A DNA stretch of 62,651 nt, filler included, from Dirinaria sp. TL-2023a (lineage: Eukaryota), in NCBI GenBank assembly GCA_051941275.1. It is 10 parts of 10 records of this genome, joined end to end, with 100 filler letters (N's around TTAATTAATTAA, not from the genome) between each part and the next. Parts side by side here need not be neighbours in the genome. Positions count along the whole stretch, not along the records: positions 1 to 6,210 come from JAVEBF010001519.1; positions 6,311 to 12,519 come from JAVEBF010001520.1; 8 more parts are not named here. One strand, 5' to 3'. The notes under the pieces were generated by a model. That model made no database searches, was not told where the DNA came from, and was given only the letters and a program-made list of their open reading frames with translations. Both the position numbers and the translations under genes were made by a program. Numbering within the stretch: position 1 is the first letter of the stretch; each line of letters begins with the position of its first letter. This document shows positions 1 to 10,262 of this stretch, one piece after another.

Positions 1-938
1 CATACATACTCCCTCCCTCCGCCTCCGCCCTAATTCCCCTTCCAGCCCATCTGCCGCTTTCTCAACCACCTATCTCATTCCCACACCCTCGATCGCAAGG
101 ACTGCGCTCCTCGACAAACCCTCTTTTTTTGGTTTTTAAGATAATGTCAAAGCCATGCGTGAGCAGATCTTGTATCTAAACATCTGTCTAAAAAACGTTA
201 TCACTGGCGCCTCGGGCTATGTTTACGGATCAATAGTTTAAGGGTTATAAGGATGGATCCACGGGCCGGAGAGCTAGCGATGCAGATAGGTTCGTTTGTG
301 GTGAGGTTGGTGGATGTGTTAGATATCTATTGCAGCCTTTGGGATGGTCTAGAGTGGCTGTTGAAGTTTTTTATGGTGGTGTGTCGGGTGCTGGGAGTAG
401 AATTAGCGTGACGCTATGGGCTTGAATGGAGTGGGTTTGTGATAATTGGGGTAGCTGGGATGGGTTTGGGTGTAGACTACGTGGCGGGATTATAAAGAGA
501 GGACCTGCAGACGGACTGTGTAGACGAGTCAGAAGGCACTTCAATTTGATGATACAGGGTACATCATCCCAGTAGTCAAATGGCGGTGTTTCGTGATGTT
601 TGTTTCTTGGCCTCTCATGGCAAACACTTGTGGTTTGCACATGAGCACGTGACTGCAGGATTGCGCGACTAGCGCCAAACAAACACACGTCAACGGCTTA
701 CTAATACTTCAACTACATTTCAACTTCAACTTCACTTCATCCTTAACATCGCTCTCTCCATCCTCAGCATCGCTATACTATTCGTTTCTCTCGTGTTAGC
801 GTCTTTCTAAACACTGTGTTATTCACGTTAATGCGTTTTGAGTTTATATAATAACCATGATGTCTTTCCTTTCTTTCCTTCCAAAATATCACCTCTACAT
901 GACATTGCCCCACTCCAGATCTACCAGCCTGCGATACC

Positions 939-3900
939 ATGACTCTACTATTCTCTCGGTTCTGCGACCTCCTGCATGACCTTGAATGCTTTACTCTGCA
1001 ATCCCCACCCCTATCCCCCGCTTCATTGAGGCAACAAAGCAAAGACAGAACAGTCCAATGGCTTTCAAGTCTCAATGTTTGTATCAGTAATACCGACATC
1101 AATTTGGTGGCATTGCTTTCTGCGCTCTTCCCTAAAAGGCGTACGGATAGGGTGTACGGTATCCAACCTCCCAAACTGACAAAGAAGCTGAAGCGCATAC
1201 TCGGTCTTGGCAATGGGCGACATCAGCTTCTGGACCGATGGCAGGAGCCTGGCCGAGGAGACCTCGGTGATTGTGTCGAGCGTGCGCTTCGACTAGCTGA
1301 GAACCCAATTCAGCCCGCAGGTCGGCAAGTGAAGCTCGAAGAGGTTGATATTGTCCTCGCTCGTATCGCCGCGGGCTATCGATTTTCTGCGCCAAAGGTC
1401 CGAGCCGCTCATACCGCTGTCTCCGAGCCGCAAGTTGATTCGCTTCTTCAATCTCTCTACTCACGAATGCAGTCTCGGGAAGCGAAATGGCTGACTAGAC
1501 TCATATTGAAAGAGTACGGCCCGCTGGAGATTGTTGAGTCGGTCGTATACAAATGCATTGACGTTCGGCTTCCCATTTTCATGAAGACTCATGCTAACTT
1601 CGAAGACGCCATCGAGAAGCTACGGCGCGACGCGGATCCTATCAGTGCTGTTGGACCTCAACCTTGTGTCGGTGTGAAGGTCGGCAGGACAAGTTTTGAA
1701 AAGGCTCGAAGCATTAAACATGCAGTCAACCTCATCCAAAGTCGGAAAATGAGTGTCGAGCGAAAGTACGATGGCGAGTACTGTCAGATCCACGTGGACA
1801 GGACCAACATGAAGCAGCAAATCCAAATCTTCTCGAAGAGTGGAAAGGATTCAACCTTGGACAGAAGCGGCCTTCATGAGACCTTAAGAGAATGCCTTCG
1901 TCTTGACAACGATGATTGTGCATTTAGCAGCAAGTGTGTCCTAGAGGGTGAAATGGTAGTCTGGAGCGATCGTGAGCAGAAGATCTTGGAGTTCCACAAA
2001 ATTCGAAAGCTGGTCTCTAGGTCTGGATCTTTCCTTGGCACCATTGCCGACTCATTGCCGCATCCGCACGAGCATTTAATGATTGTGCTGTTTGACGTAC
2101 TCCTCGTCGATGACGCCTCGCTACTTTCTCTCAATCATGCTTCTCGACGGCAGGTACTCGAACGCATAGTGCTTCCAAAAGATGGACGAGCTGCGCTTGC
2201 GGACAGATTAGAACTTGACTTCTCATCGCCTGCAGCGCCCGAAGAGCTACGTAGGCACTATGCACGCGCCATTGCCAAACGCTGGGAGGGGCTTGTCATA
2301 AAACCCTCATCAGAGCCGTACTTTGGTCCTCTTCGAAGATCACCCGGCGATCCTAGAAGCTCCTGGATTAAGCTGAAGAAGGATTACATAGCTGGTTTAG
2401 GAGACACTGCGGACTTCGCAGTCGTTGGTGCGGGCTATGACGCTACAGCGGCTTCCAAATGCGGTGAGAAGCATCTGAGTTGGACACATTTTCATATTGC
2501 CTGTCTCAAGAACAAGGACGCCGTGGTGCATCTTGGGGCGAAGCCACTTTTTGTTGTCTTGGATGCGGTTAACCAGAGCCTCAACCTTAACGATCTGAAG
2601 CACCTCAACCAACATGGGCAGTTCTATGCGTTGCAGGTCGGGTCTGAAGAATGCAAGAGACGCTTTGATTTTGAGTATAGCCCTTGTGAAGGACCTAAAA
2701 TGACTGTTGCGTTTCGGAGGCCCTTCATTTTTGAGGTCATGGGGGGTGGTTTCGTCAAGCTAGCAAACTCGGAGTATCATGTGCTCCGCTGGCCTCGCGT
2801 TCTAAAGATGCACGAAGACCGGCAGTGGGAAAAATGTGTGACTCTTGACGAGTTGCAGCGGATGGCAAAAGATGCAGCAACTGTACCCCACGACAATAAC
2901 CTTAAAGAGGAATCTACACGTTGGCAAGAAAGGCTTGAAAAGGCTGACCGAGGTGTTCGAAACACCATGCTACCATGGGATGATTCTCAAGGAAGGTCTA
3001 TGTCTGCAGAGCCTACGACCACTCCGCCAAGAAGTGCGCAACGTTCGGGCATGCCTGTTGCTTCTCCCATGGTCCGTATGGACACATGTGAGATGCTTCC
3101 TAACGAACAGCGAACGGACAGTGGTGAGGTTGTATGTCATCCAAGTACTTTGGGTCCTGAATCCAAAAAGATCAGCGAAACCTGCTTGCCTACTGCCCCA
3201 GCATCTCCCCCGGGCATTTGTCAAGAAATCCCAGGTCCTAGCTTCAGCACACCTGCCTCGTATAAGTCCTCTCGAAGGTCAAAAAAGCGGCTATTGGAAG
3301 TGGTTGAAGAAACGGAAAAGACATCAAAAAAAGCGAGGACTGGCAAGGGCAAAGATGATATCAAAGCGTTACAGCAAACGCCGAGCTCAGAAAATCGCGC
3401 AAATCCGTCACCTTCCGAAGCCCTGGGCGCCCTGGGCGCGCAGTCGGGCTTTTCTCTTGTTCCCAAAGTGCCGCCAGGGGTCAACGGGCTACCCATAAAG
3501 TCCAGGATAAAGAATACAGTACGGATCATGGAACCAGATTCTCCAGACCGACAAACTACAGCGTCTGAGCGTAGTTCCCAGACGACTTCTTCTGATTCCC
3601 AGCAGTCGTCTCGTGCTTCCATGCCCGATGCTGGCCTGGGGCTCCCAGGGCTCACTAAAAACGGCCACAATGCTTTCGTGCCTCCGCCACACCCCAGGTA
3701 TGAGCATGTAGCAGAAGAGGTCGGCGTTCCCGACCTTCTCTCCAGCCCAGTCATGCTGAGCGGATGCATCTCTCGCTCGGCCTACTTTCTCGAGGAGCTT
3801 CTTCCCGGGCGGGTCGGCAACATTGTGCCACTACCTCACCTCGTTCGCCAAGCGCCTCTGCCAACGCCTCCACCCTCAGATCCCAGGACCTATCCCCAAG

Positions 3901-4256
3901 CAATCCTCTTGGTCGAAACGAACAATTATGATGCAACTGCATCCCTCGTGTTCTCGATCATCCCTTTCCTTTACGAGTTGCCCTACGCAGGGATACAAGT
4001 GTGGGATTGGACATTGCTGAAGTTAATAGCCAAGGGAGAAACGCGCCAGAATGTTATCAAAGATCGCTTCTTCGCTAACATGTGGTACGATGCTGCTGCG
4101 AGGGAGTTTAAATTGCGGTGGCAGGATGGGATGCTGAAGCGGCTGAAAGTGGCTTCAAACGGGGAAATTCATCTTGTGGGGAAAGCGTGGGTGGATGGCG
4201 ATGGCTGGCTGCACGAAGTTACGAAGCTCGAGCACCATCAATCTGAGGCTCGATGA
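939..4256 (+). CDS. ATP-dependent DNA ligase, ligase IV-like paralogue (DNA-binding domain + adenylation domain + OB fold + disordered linker + C-terminal BRCT-like module), intronless, 1105 aa
   Basis: Nucleotidyltransferase motifs in order: I ERKYDGEYCQIH, III VLEGEMVVW, IIIa IVLFDVLLV, IV WEGLVIKP, V WIKLKKDYI, VI LRWPRVLKMHEDR; N-terminal LFPKRRTDRVYGI resembles the Lig4 DNA-binding domain. Confidence 0.9.
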   Translation: MTLLFSRFCDLLHDLECFTLQSPPLSPASLRQQSKDRTVQWLSSLNVCISNTDINLVALLSALFPKRRTDRVYGIQPPKLTKKLKRILGLGNGRHQLLDRWQEPGRGDLGDCVERALRLAENPIQPAGRQVKLEEVDIVLARIAAGYRFSAPKVRAAHTAVSEPQVDSLLQSLYSRMQSREAKWLTRLILKEYGPLEIVESVVYKCIDVRLPIFMKTHANFEDAIEKLRRDADPISAVGPQPCVGVKVGRTSFEKARSIKHAVNLIQSRKMSVERKYDGEYCQIHVDRTNMKQQIQIFSKSGKDSTLDRSGLHETLRECLRLDNDDCAFSSKCVLEGEMVVWSDREQKILEFHKIRKLVSRSGSFLGTIADSLPHPHEHLMIVLFDVLLVDDASLLSLNHASRRQVLERIVLPKDGRAALADRLELDFSSPAAPEELRRHYARAIAKRWEGLVIKPSSEPYFGPLRRSPGDPRSSWIKLKKDYIAGLGDTADFAVVGAGYDATAASKCGEKHLSWTHFHIACLKNKDAVVHLGAKPLFVVLDAVNQSLNLNDLKHLNQHGQFYALQVGSEECKRRFDFEYSPCEGPKMTVAFRRPFIFEVMGGGFVKLANSEYHVLRWPRVLKMHEDRQWEKCVTLDELQRMAKDAATVPHDNNLKEESTRWQERLEKADRGVRNTMLPWDDSQGRSMSAEPTTTPPRSAQRSGMPVASPMVRMDTCEMLPNEQRTDSGEVVCHPSTLGPESKKISETCLPTAPASPPGICQEIPGPSFSTPASYKSSRRSKKRLLEVVEETEKTSKKARTGKGKDDIKALQQTPSSENRANPSPSEALGALGAQSGFSLVPKVPPGVNGLPIKSRIKNTVRIMEPDSPDRQTTASERSSQTTSSDSQQSSRASMPDAGLGLPGLTKNGHNAFVPPPHPRYEHVAEEVGVPDLLSSPVMLSGCISRSAYFLEELLPGRVGNIVPLPHLVRQAPLPTPPPSDPRTYPQAILLVETNNYDATASLVFSIIPFLYELPYAGIQVWDWTLLKLIAKGETRQNVIKDRFFANMWYDAAAREFKLRWQDGMLKRLKVASNGEIHLVGKAWVDGDGWLHEVTKLEHHQSEAR

Positions 4257-4724
4257 TGGATTGGTTAGCATTGCCTACATTTACGATATGGTCACTCATC
4301 TGGATGATAATATAAGAAGCAGATAGCACTCACGGATAAGCGTTCATTTTCTCATAATTGACTTTCCAAAATAATTCTCATAAAAGTATTTCTCCAGTCA
4401 CAAGAATTATAGACTATCCACGACCTGTTTACATCAAGTTCTACAAGTACATGGCATAAAATCGGCGATATAACACGCTGTTCAGGGTTGAGCTCAGGGT
4501 TGCTTTGAGGATCGAAGTCATCCTCGCAGGATTATTGAGTGCCGATCTCAACCTCATCAAGATTGAAGCGAGAATAAAAATCGCGCATCCTTTTTAAGTT
4601 TTTATTCGATGAATTTCGAGAATGAACCATTGGACTCTCCACTCGTCGAAAGCCTCGCAGCTTTTCTAACAGTACGGTAGAAGTTTACCTCAAACGCGTG
4701 ATATCAGGAAGGCAAGAAGACATC

Positions 4725-6210
4725 ATGGCATATACCACCACGGCCCTTCTGCTCGGAATCTTCGCCCTCGCAGCTTTCTACTTCACCCTGAAGAGGTTCT
4801 CTCCGCAGCAGCATGGCTATCAGCTTTCACCCGCCCGAAAGACCATCGATCCGATCCTAGGACTTCACTATAAATTACAAGACCTTCAATCCATGAGCGA
4901 ATTCAAGATCCTCCCAGATGGCGCCGCGTTACATACTCGCTACGGATCAACCTACCACGAGCCGTCGATCTTCAGAACAACATTCAAGACAATCGATGAA
5001 AAAAACATCCAGACCATCTTCGGCCTTCGAGCTAGAGAATGGGGTATCCAGCCCTGGAGACTGACGGCCATGCGACCCTTTTGTGGAGAGGGGATTCTGG
5101 ATACCGATGGATCTGTGTGGGAACGTTGTAGAAATTTATTCAAGCCTGCGTTTCGGAAGGGTACTGTTGATGATTTGAGGGTTTTTGAGGAGTATGTGAA
5201 CGGTTTCCTTGATGGGATTCCGAGTGATGGGTCGGTTGTAGATTTGCAGGATGAGTTCTCGAAGCTGGTATCTCTTCTACTGATCATTCATGCGAAGATG
5301 ATTGAGTGCTAAATGACTAGAGGTAGTTCGCTGATACGTCCATGCGTTTTCTCGTTGGAGAGGATCTCGGTGCTTTAAGTGGCAGTGATTCAGAAAGGAA
5401 TCCCGTCAATGCGAATTCTTTCTTGAAAGCCTTTCAGCTTTCGTTACAGGCTTGTGGACTTCGCATGTTTCTTGGGATTTTCAAGATCCTGATACCTCCA
5501 TCCCTAACAACCAAGAATTGGCAAATAGTCCACCAAGTCGTCGATGACCACGTCGATCGAATCCTCACAGAAGGTCCTAGTCAAACATCTAAAAAAGGTT
5601 CGACCAGCCTTCTGGATGAACTAGCACTTCAAACCAGCCACAGAACAGAACTCCGCAACCATCTCATCCACGCCATGATGGCCTCACAGGACACGACCGC
5701 CGTACTACTCAGCAACACCATATTCCTCCTCTCCCGAAATCCAAAAATATGGTCCCGTCTTCGCACCGAAGTTTCGTTTCCTGCCTTTCCCCCAATCCTC
5801 CACTTCTCAGACCTAAACCGCATCAAACTCCTCCAAAACATCATCAACGAAAGTAAAGCCCCACCAAACCCCCAATTCAAACCACCCCACAAACTAACTT
5901 ATCCAAGCTCTCCGCCTCTACCCCATCTTCCCCTACATCGCGCGGGACGCCCTGCAACCTACGCTCCTCCCCAGCGGAGGCGGCCCAACACACCATGACC
6001 CAATCCCCATCCCAGCGGGCAGCCGGCTGGTGGCAGATTTCTACACTCTGCATCGCAAGACGGAAATCTTCGGTCCTGATCCTGAGAGATTCGATCCCGA
6101 TCGCTGGAACGCGATCCAGCCGTCGATGTTGCAGTATATGCCGTTTGGAGCGGGACTGCGGTCTTGTCTGGGGCGGGCGAAAGCGATGGGGGAAGCGGGG
6201 TATGTTTTGG
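4725..6210 (+). CDS. Cytochrome P450, CYP52-clan-like (alkane/fatty-acid hydroxylase type); 3' truncated by contig end
   Basis: N-terminal TM anchor; GEGILDTDG; I-helix ASQDTT; ExxR restored by splicing (NE-T-LRLYP); FDPDRW; heme motif PFGAGLRSCLG. Introns 5268-5326 and 5853-5907 restore the frame. Confidence 0.9.
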
Positions 6211-6310
6211 NNNNNNNNNNNNNNNNNNNNNNNNNNNNNNNNNNNNNNNNNNNNTTAATTAATTAANNNNNNNNNNNNNNNNNNNNNNNNNNNNNNNNNN
6301 NNNNNNNNNN
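6211..6310. other. Artificial contig linker N44-TTAATTAATTAA-N44
   Basis: Exactly 100 nt, stop codons in all six frames, identical to eight other copies. Confidence 0.99.
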
Positions 6311-8300
6311 GGCGGTGTGGCTGTATTAGGCTTTTTTTTAACCCATCTTTTTTTAGGGTTTTGAAAGACTCGCTACTGAGGCGTGATGAGCTGAGTTAAT
6401 AAGGACTTTGAGTGGTTATTTTATGGAAGCCATTCTTTGAATCTTTCGATCAAGGAGTTGATGGGTAAGGGATGGGGATCTGGGTTGGTCATGATTGAAG
6501 AGGATTTGTACAGGAATACAGCAACCGCTGTAGAAAAATAAGAAAGCCATCAATCTCAAGGCTGGTAAATTTTGGGAACCTTGACGTGTCGACGAGCTCA
6601 GTTGACTAAAACTTATGAAGAGGAATTCTTTGATTGGATACTTCCAAAGCCAATACCGATACCGGTTTTCGACAAGATGCAAAGACTCATTCTGTGCTGT
6701 TGAGTTTAGTAGATAAGGTGAGCTGGATTGAATTTTTTTCGTTGTCTTGTTAAACCCAATTGCTGGAGGATAAAGCGGGGTTTGAGGTAGGTATGTCAAG
6801 AGTAGAGACGCTTAGATGTCATGATAGAGGCAAGGGAAGGCGAGAATGTTAGTGTGATGGGACGGTTGGTTGATTGGTTGGTTGATTGATTCATTGCTTG
6901 CTTGAATCTTTACCCTGATCCACAGACATGGAGAGGAGACTGCCCAGAGGGTGAACCACGAGAGTATGACTAGTTGAAATGCTAGCTTCCTTGGTTCATG
7001 TATTTGGTGATTGTACAAGCAGCAGATAAAGTAGTACGTCAGTACCTGATATGAAAGCTATGTTGACTACCCAAGGAAAGAAGGATGCACACATTAGGTG
7101 AAGGGAGTTCAATAAAATTTGTACGCGGCCAAGCGGCCACTAAGCCTCATAAGGCAAACTGATGCAAACCTAAGGTATCTCGCGTATCTAGCAAACATCT
7201 CAGGTCCAGGTACTAAGGTAAGATACCTCGCAACTGAATGTCTGCGTGGTTACAGAGCGCTACTATAGTCTCGCCAAACCGATGGTCGGCTCCGGATAAC
7301 TCATATATGTGCTTAACCGTCATGACGGACATGACTGAATCAAGCGATGCAGTGGCATCATTGCCGTCAGCTCAGTGCTCTTGAGCAGTGTTAACCTGGC
7401 ACACAACATCGGATCGTACATACGTACGTCCTGCATTCATAATACTCACGGAGCTTGAATACCTCCCGTTAGCGTACCACATCAGCTCGCTGATGATTGA
7501 TCGCCTTGAAGCTGCAAGATATCCGAGCGCGTGCTCGATCGCTTTTGACTCGATTTGGCGATTGCGCAATGCTTGCGAAAGCTTGGCGTGAGTTTTAGTC
7601 TAGTAACCCGCTTAACGGAAGAGGCGTCCACACAACGTTCAGACTTCAGACGGCGCTTGAAGCAGTCTCGGTCTTCTTGACAGGCTTCGAATCATCAATT
7701 AGAAACAGATACTGCGCAACAGCTCAAGCCGTTTGAGGGCATGAGGCAAAAAGAAGCTGCTGTAGTTTACACTGTTGGAAGTATTGCATACTAGGTGTGT
7801 TGCATGCATGTATTGTCGCTTCATTCACCTCCTTACGCTATTTAAATCATATATGAGCACCCACTTTCCTTAGTCAGAAATGCATGCAAAAGTCAGTTTT
7901 CATTGTACACGAGCGGTCTCGACGCAGAACAGGGCAGACTCATGATGTTCAGCACAGCGCGGAAAGAGTCGAGCGCTCCTTACAAAAGTCGAAGCTATGG
8001 CAATTATTCCCGTCAGATGGAGTCTGCTTGAGCTCGGTGATCAGACCATTGTTTCACCCTCTGGATCTTCCGCTTTCAATCAACAGCGTTGACGATTCTG
8101 GCGCAGTAGCCGTCGATGTGATTAACCTTTGGATGAGAAGACCGTGCGCGCGCTCTCGCGCTCGTCCACGAGTACAAGAAGTAGTGGACTGCAATTGCAA
8201 CAAAAGTCATCATGTCGTGTCCAAAAATTTCTATCTTCGCAGATTGCGGGTACACTATCTTGTTTTGTAGCAGACGACCGCTTCCATCACTAATGGGCCC

Positions 8301-9044
8301 ATGATTGCCATCATGCATGATATTACTTGCGCACCCAAGCTGGCCTGTGCCTACCTCTTCTTGCTGAATTTAGTTCTACCAACGCTGCAGGTCGACATAA
8401 CCATGGTTGACAGATACGGCACGGTCCAACTTTGCTCCAACATTCTACCAGGCGTCTGCTGCTCCATGGCTCCACGGCGGCGAAATGTGCCTGCCGAAGA
8501 CGTACAATTCCGACATTTGGAGGCTTTGGATGTTGCTGCTGTGTGGCAGAGAACACTCCGGAACGGCCCCGCCAGTGCTGGGTCAACCTGGGCATACTTC
8601 GGTGGATGCTCTGGAATACCGTGGCAAACCCGATGGGGTCCTGGCAGTTGGCAGCTTGGTACCGTAGATCAACACAATAATGAAGTGGATTGGCGAAGTT
8701 CTTCTGGTGCAAGCTATGTTCGATTGCCGCTGAGCGTACCACCAGACACCGAGACGTCAGACTGGCTACGAGTTCAAGGGATGAGAGCGCTTGTATGGGG
8801 AGGCGGACAATGGTTTGCAAGAGCAGGAGCAGTCGCTGGGTCGGGAATGCTGCCTAGGAGTCAGATCGTGAAAAGAGGCATGAGAAGCCCAAACAAGGGA
8901 ACCGCTTTTCTCACCCAGCCTTCAATATGGACATATCCGAGTTCCATTGTCGAGAATGGTACGGAGTATGTGAGAGACCCAGCACAGAATCTAACTTATA
9001 AAAGCGCAGGTGGCGACTTGTTGGATATGATGGGTATGTCTTGA
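8301..9044 (+). CDS. Putative secreted Cys/Trp/Gly-rich hypothetical protein, 247 aa (start may be Met at 8313)
   Basis: Intronless ORF; hydrophobic signal-like segment LACAYLFLLNLVLPTLQ; motifs CSNILPGVCC, GCSG, GASY, LVWGGGQW. Confidence 0.7.
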   Translation: MIAIMHDITCAPKLACAYLFLLNLVLPTLQVDITMVDRYGTVQLCSNILPGVCCSMAPRRRNVPAEDVQFRHLEALDVAAVWQRTLRNGPASAGSTWAYFGGCSGIPWQTRWGPGSWQLGTVDQHNNEVDWRSSSGASYVRLPLSVPPDTETSDWLRVQGMRALVWGGGQWFARAGAVAGSGMLPRSQIVKRGMRSPNKGTAFLTQPSIWTYPSSIVENGTEYVRDPAQNLTYKSAGGDLLDMMGMS

Positions 9045-9205
9045 AAATTAATCTCGATGTTCCGAAACCCGAGCATCGATACAAAAACCTCGACAGGAGT
9101 CAATGAGCTTGTCATGGCCAAACAATTCTTAAACTATATGATGCATCTGCCAGGGCTTAAATAAAAAGGAGAGCAGACTGACCCCATTGGTACGCCTCCT
9201 GTCTC

Positions 9206-9231
9206 TTTTTTTTTTTTTTTTTTTTTTTTTT
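9206..9231. repeat. poly(T) tract, about 26 nt
   Basis: Directly visible homopolymer. Confidence 0.9.
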
Positions 9232-10262
9232 CTTCTTTTTGGACCAACGATGGAGCAAAAATCTCTCGCGTCAGATCGAATTGAGGAGGAATTTTGAGCA
9301 AACACGCTCGTTGGGCCATTTGCATTGCGTGTACCTCCATTGGTAAACGAAGTGCCTTGAGAGGCTGGCAATGGTGTCTGCAAGCTGACTGACCTCAGCT
9401 TTCTTATTGCAAGTGTCATCGTACTTGAGAATATGCGCACGAGGCAGAGAATACCTATAGAATTTGTTCTAAGTAATCTCCACTCCATGAAAGAAGGCGT
9501 GGCTGCCATATCTTCTCCAACGATAAGCCTCAAGTTGTAAAATGCAAGTCCTCTCTCACTTTATGATTGGCCTCGTACAACTTTCATTTCTTCGACTCTT
9601 CAAGACCTTCTCAGATGGATACAGATCCATCCACGGTTCCATTGGTCAAAAGCTGATAGAGTAGCGGTTAGAAAGTGGCCCTGATCAGTATCAGCTTAAG
9701 CTTAGTACCTACAGATCCTATAATTAAATCAATTTCAAATTGCCTACTCTTTACTATATATATCAGAAAGGCATGCTTTTGGGTCTTGGTGGACATGCAC
9801 TGTTTTGAAGACACTGAAGATAGAATTGCTGGGGAATTAAGTCTGAAGTTCGTGGAAGTTCGTGAATCCACATAGCAATGCCAAGACTAAGAATAAGTGA
9901 GATGAACTACAGGTCTTCAATTGTGCCTTATCCCCTACCACAACCCACTGAATCAGGTTTTCCTGCTGACCTGCTTTACCCTCAGTGTCTTGATAATGTA
10001 AAGACTTTATAAAAAACGCTTCAAACCTGCCATCACATCGTTCATCTCTTGTTTGGTCCGCTGGATCTTGAGCTGATGAGATTGAATTACAACTCAACCT
10101 CGACATGATCGCAAAGTATCTTGTGTCTACATTCCTCAAGTCAACAAGAAGATCTTATCGCGCACTAAATCATTTTTGAACCCCAAACGTTCTCGTCCGG
10201 CCCCAGAGTCCTCTCCTCCCATACTGTGTTCAGACACGACATTACCATCAGTTTCCATCATT

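Noticed and set aside
2845..3769. Long overlapping alternative-frame and antisense ORFs (also 11172-11864, 30393-30950, 42574-43179, 56523-57239)
   Set aside because: Shadows of GC-rich real CDSs; no motifs, many start at non-ATG codons.
6255..6266. TTAATTAATTAA recurring every ~6.2-6.3 kb as a biological repeat, piggyBac TTAA site or array
   Set aside because: Always embedded in exactly 44+44 N; a synthetic six-frame stop linker.
9129..9533. ORFs with poly-Lys tracts
   Set aside because: Translation of an intergenic poly(T) homopolymer.
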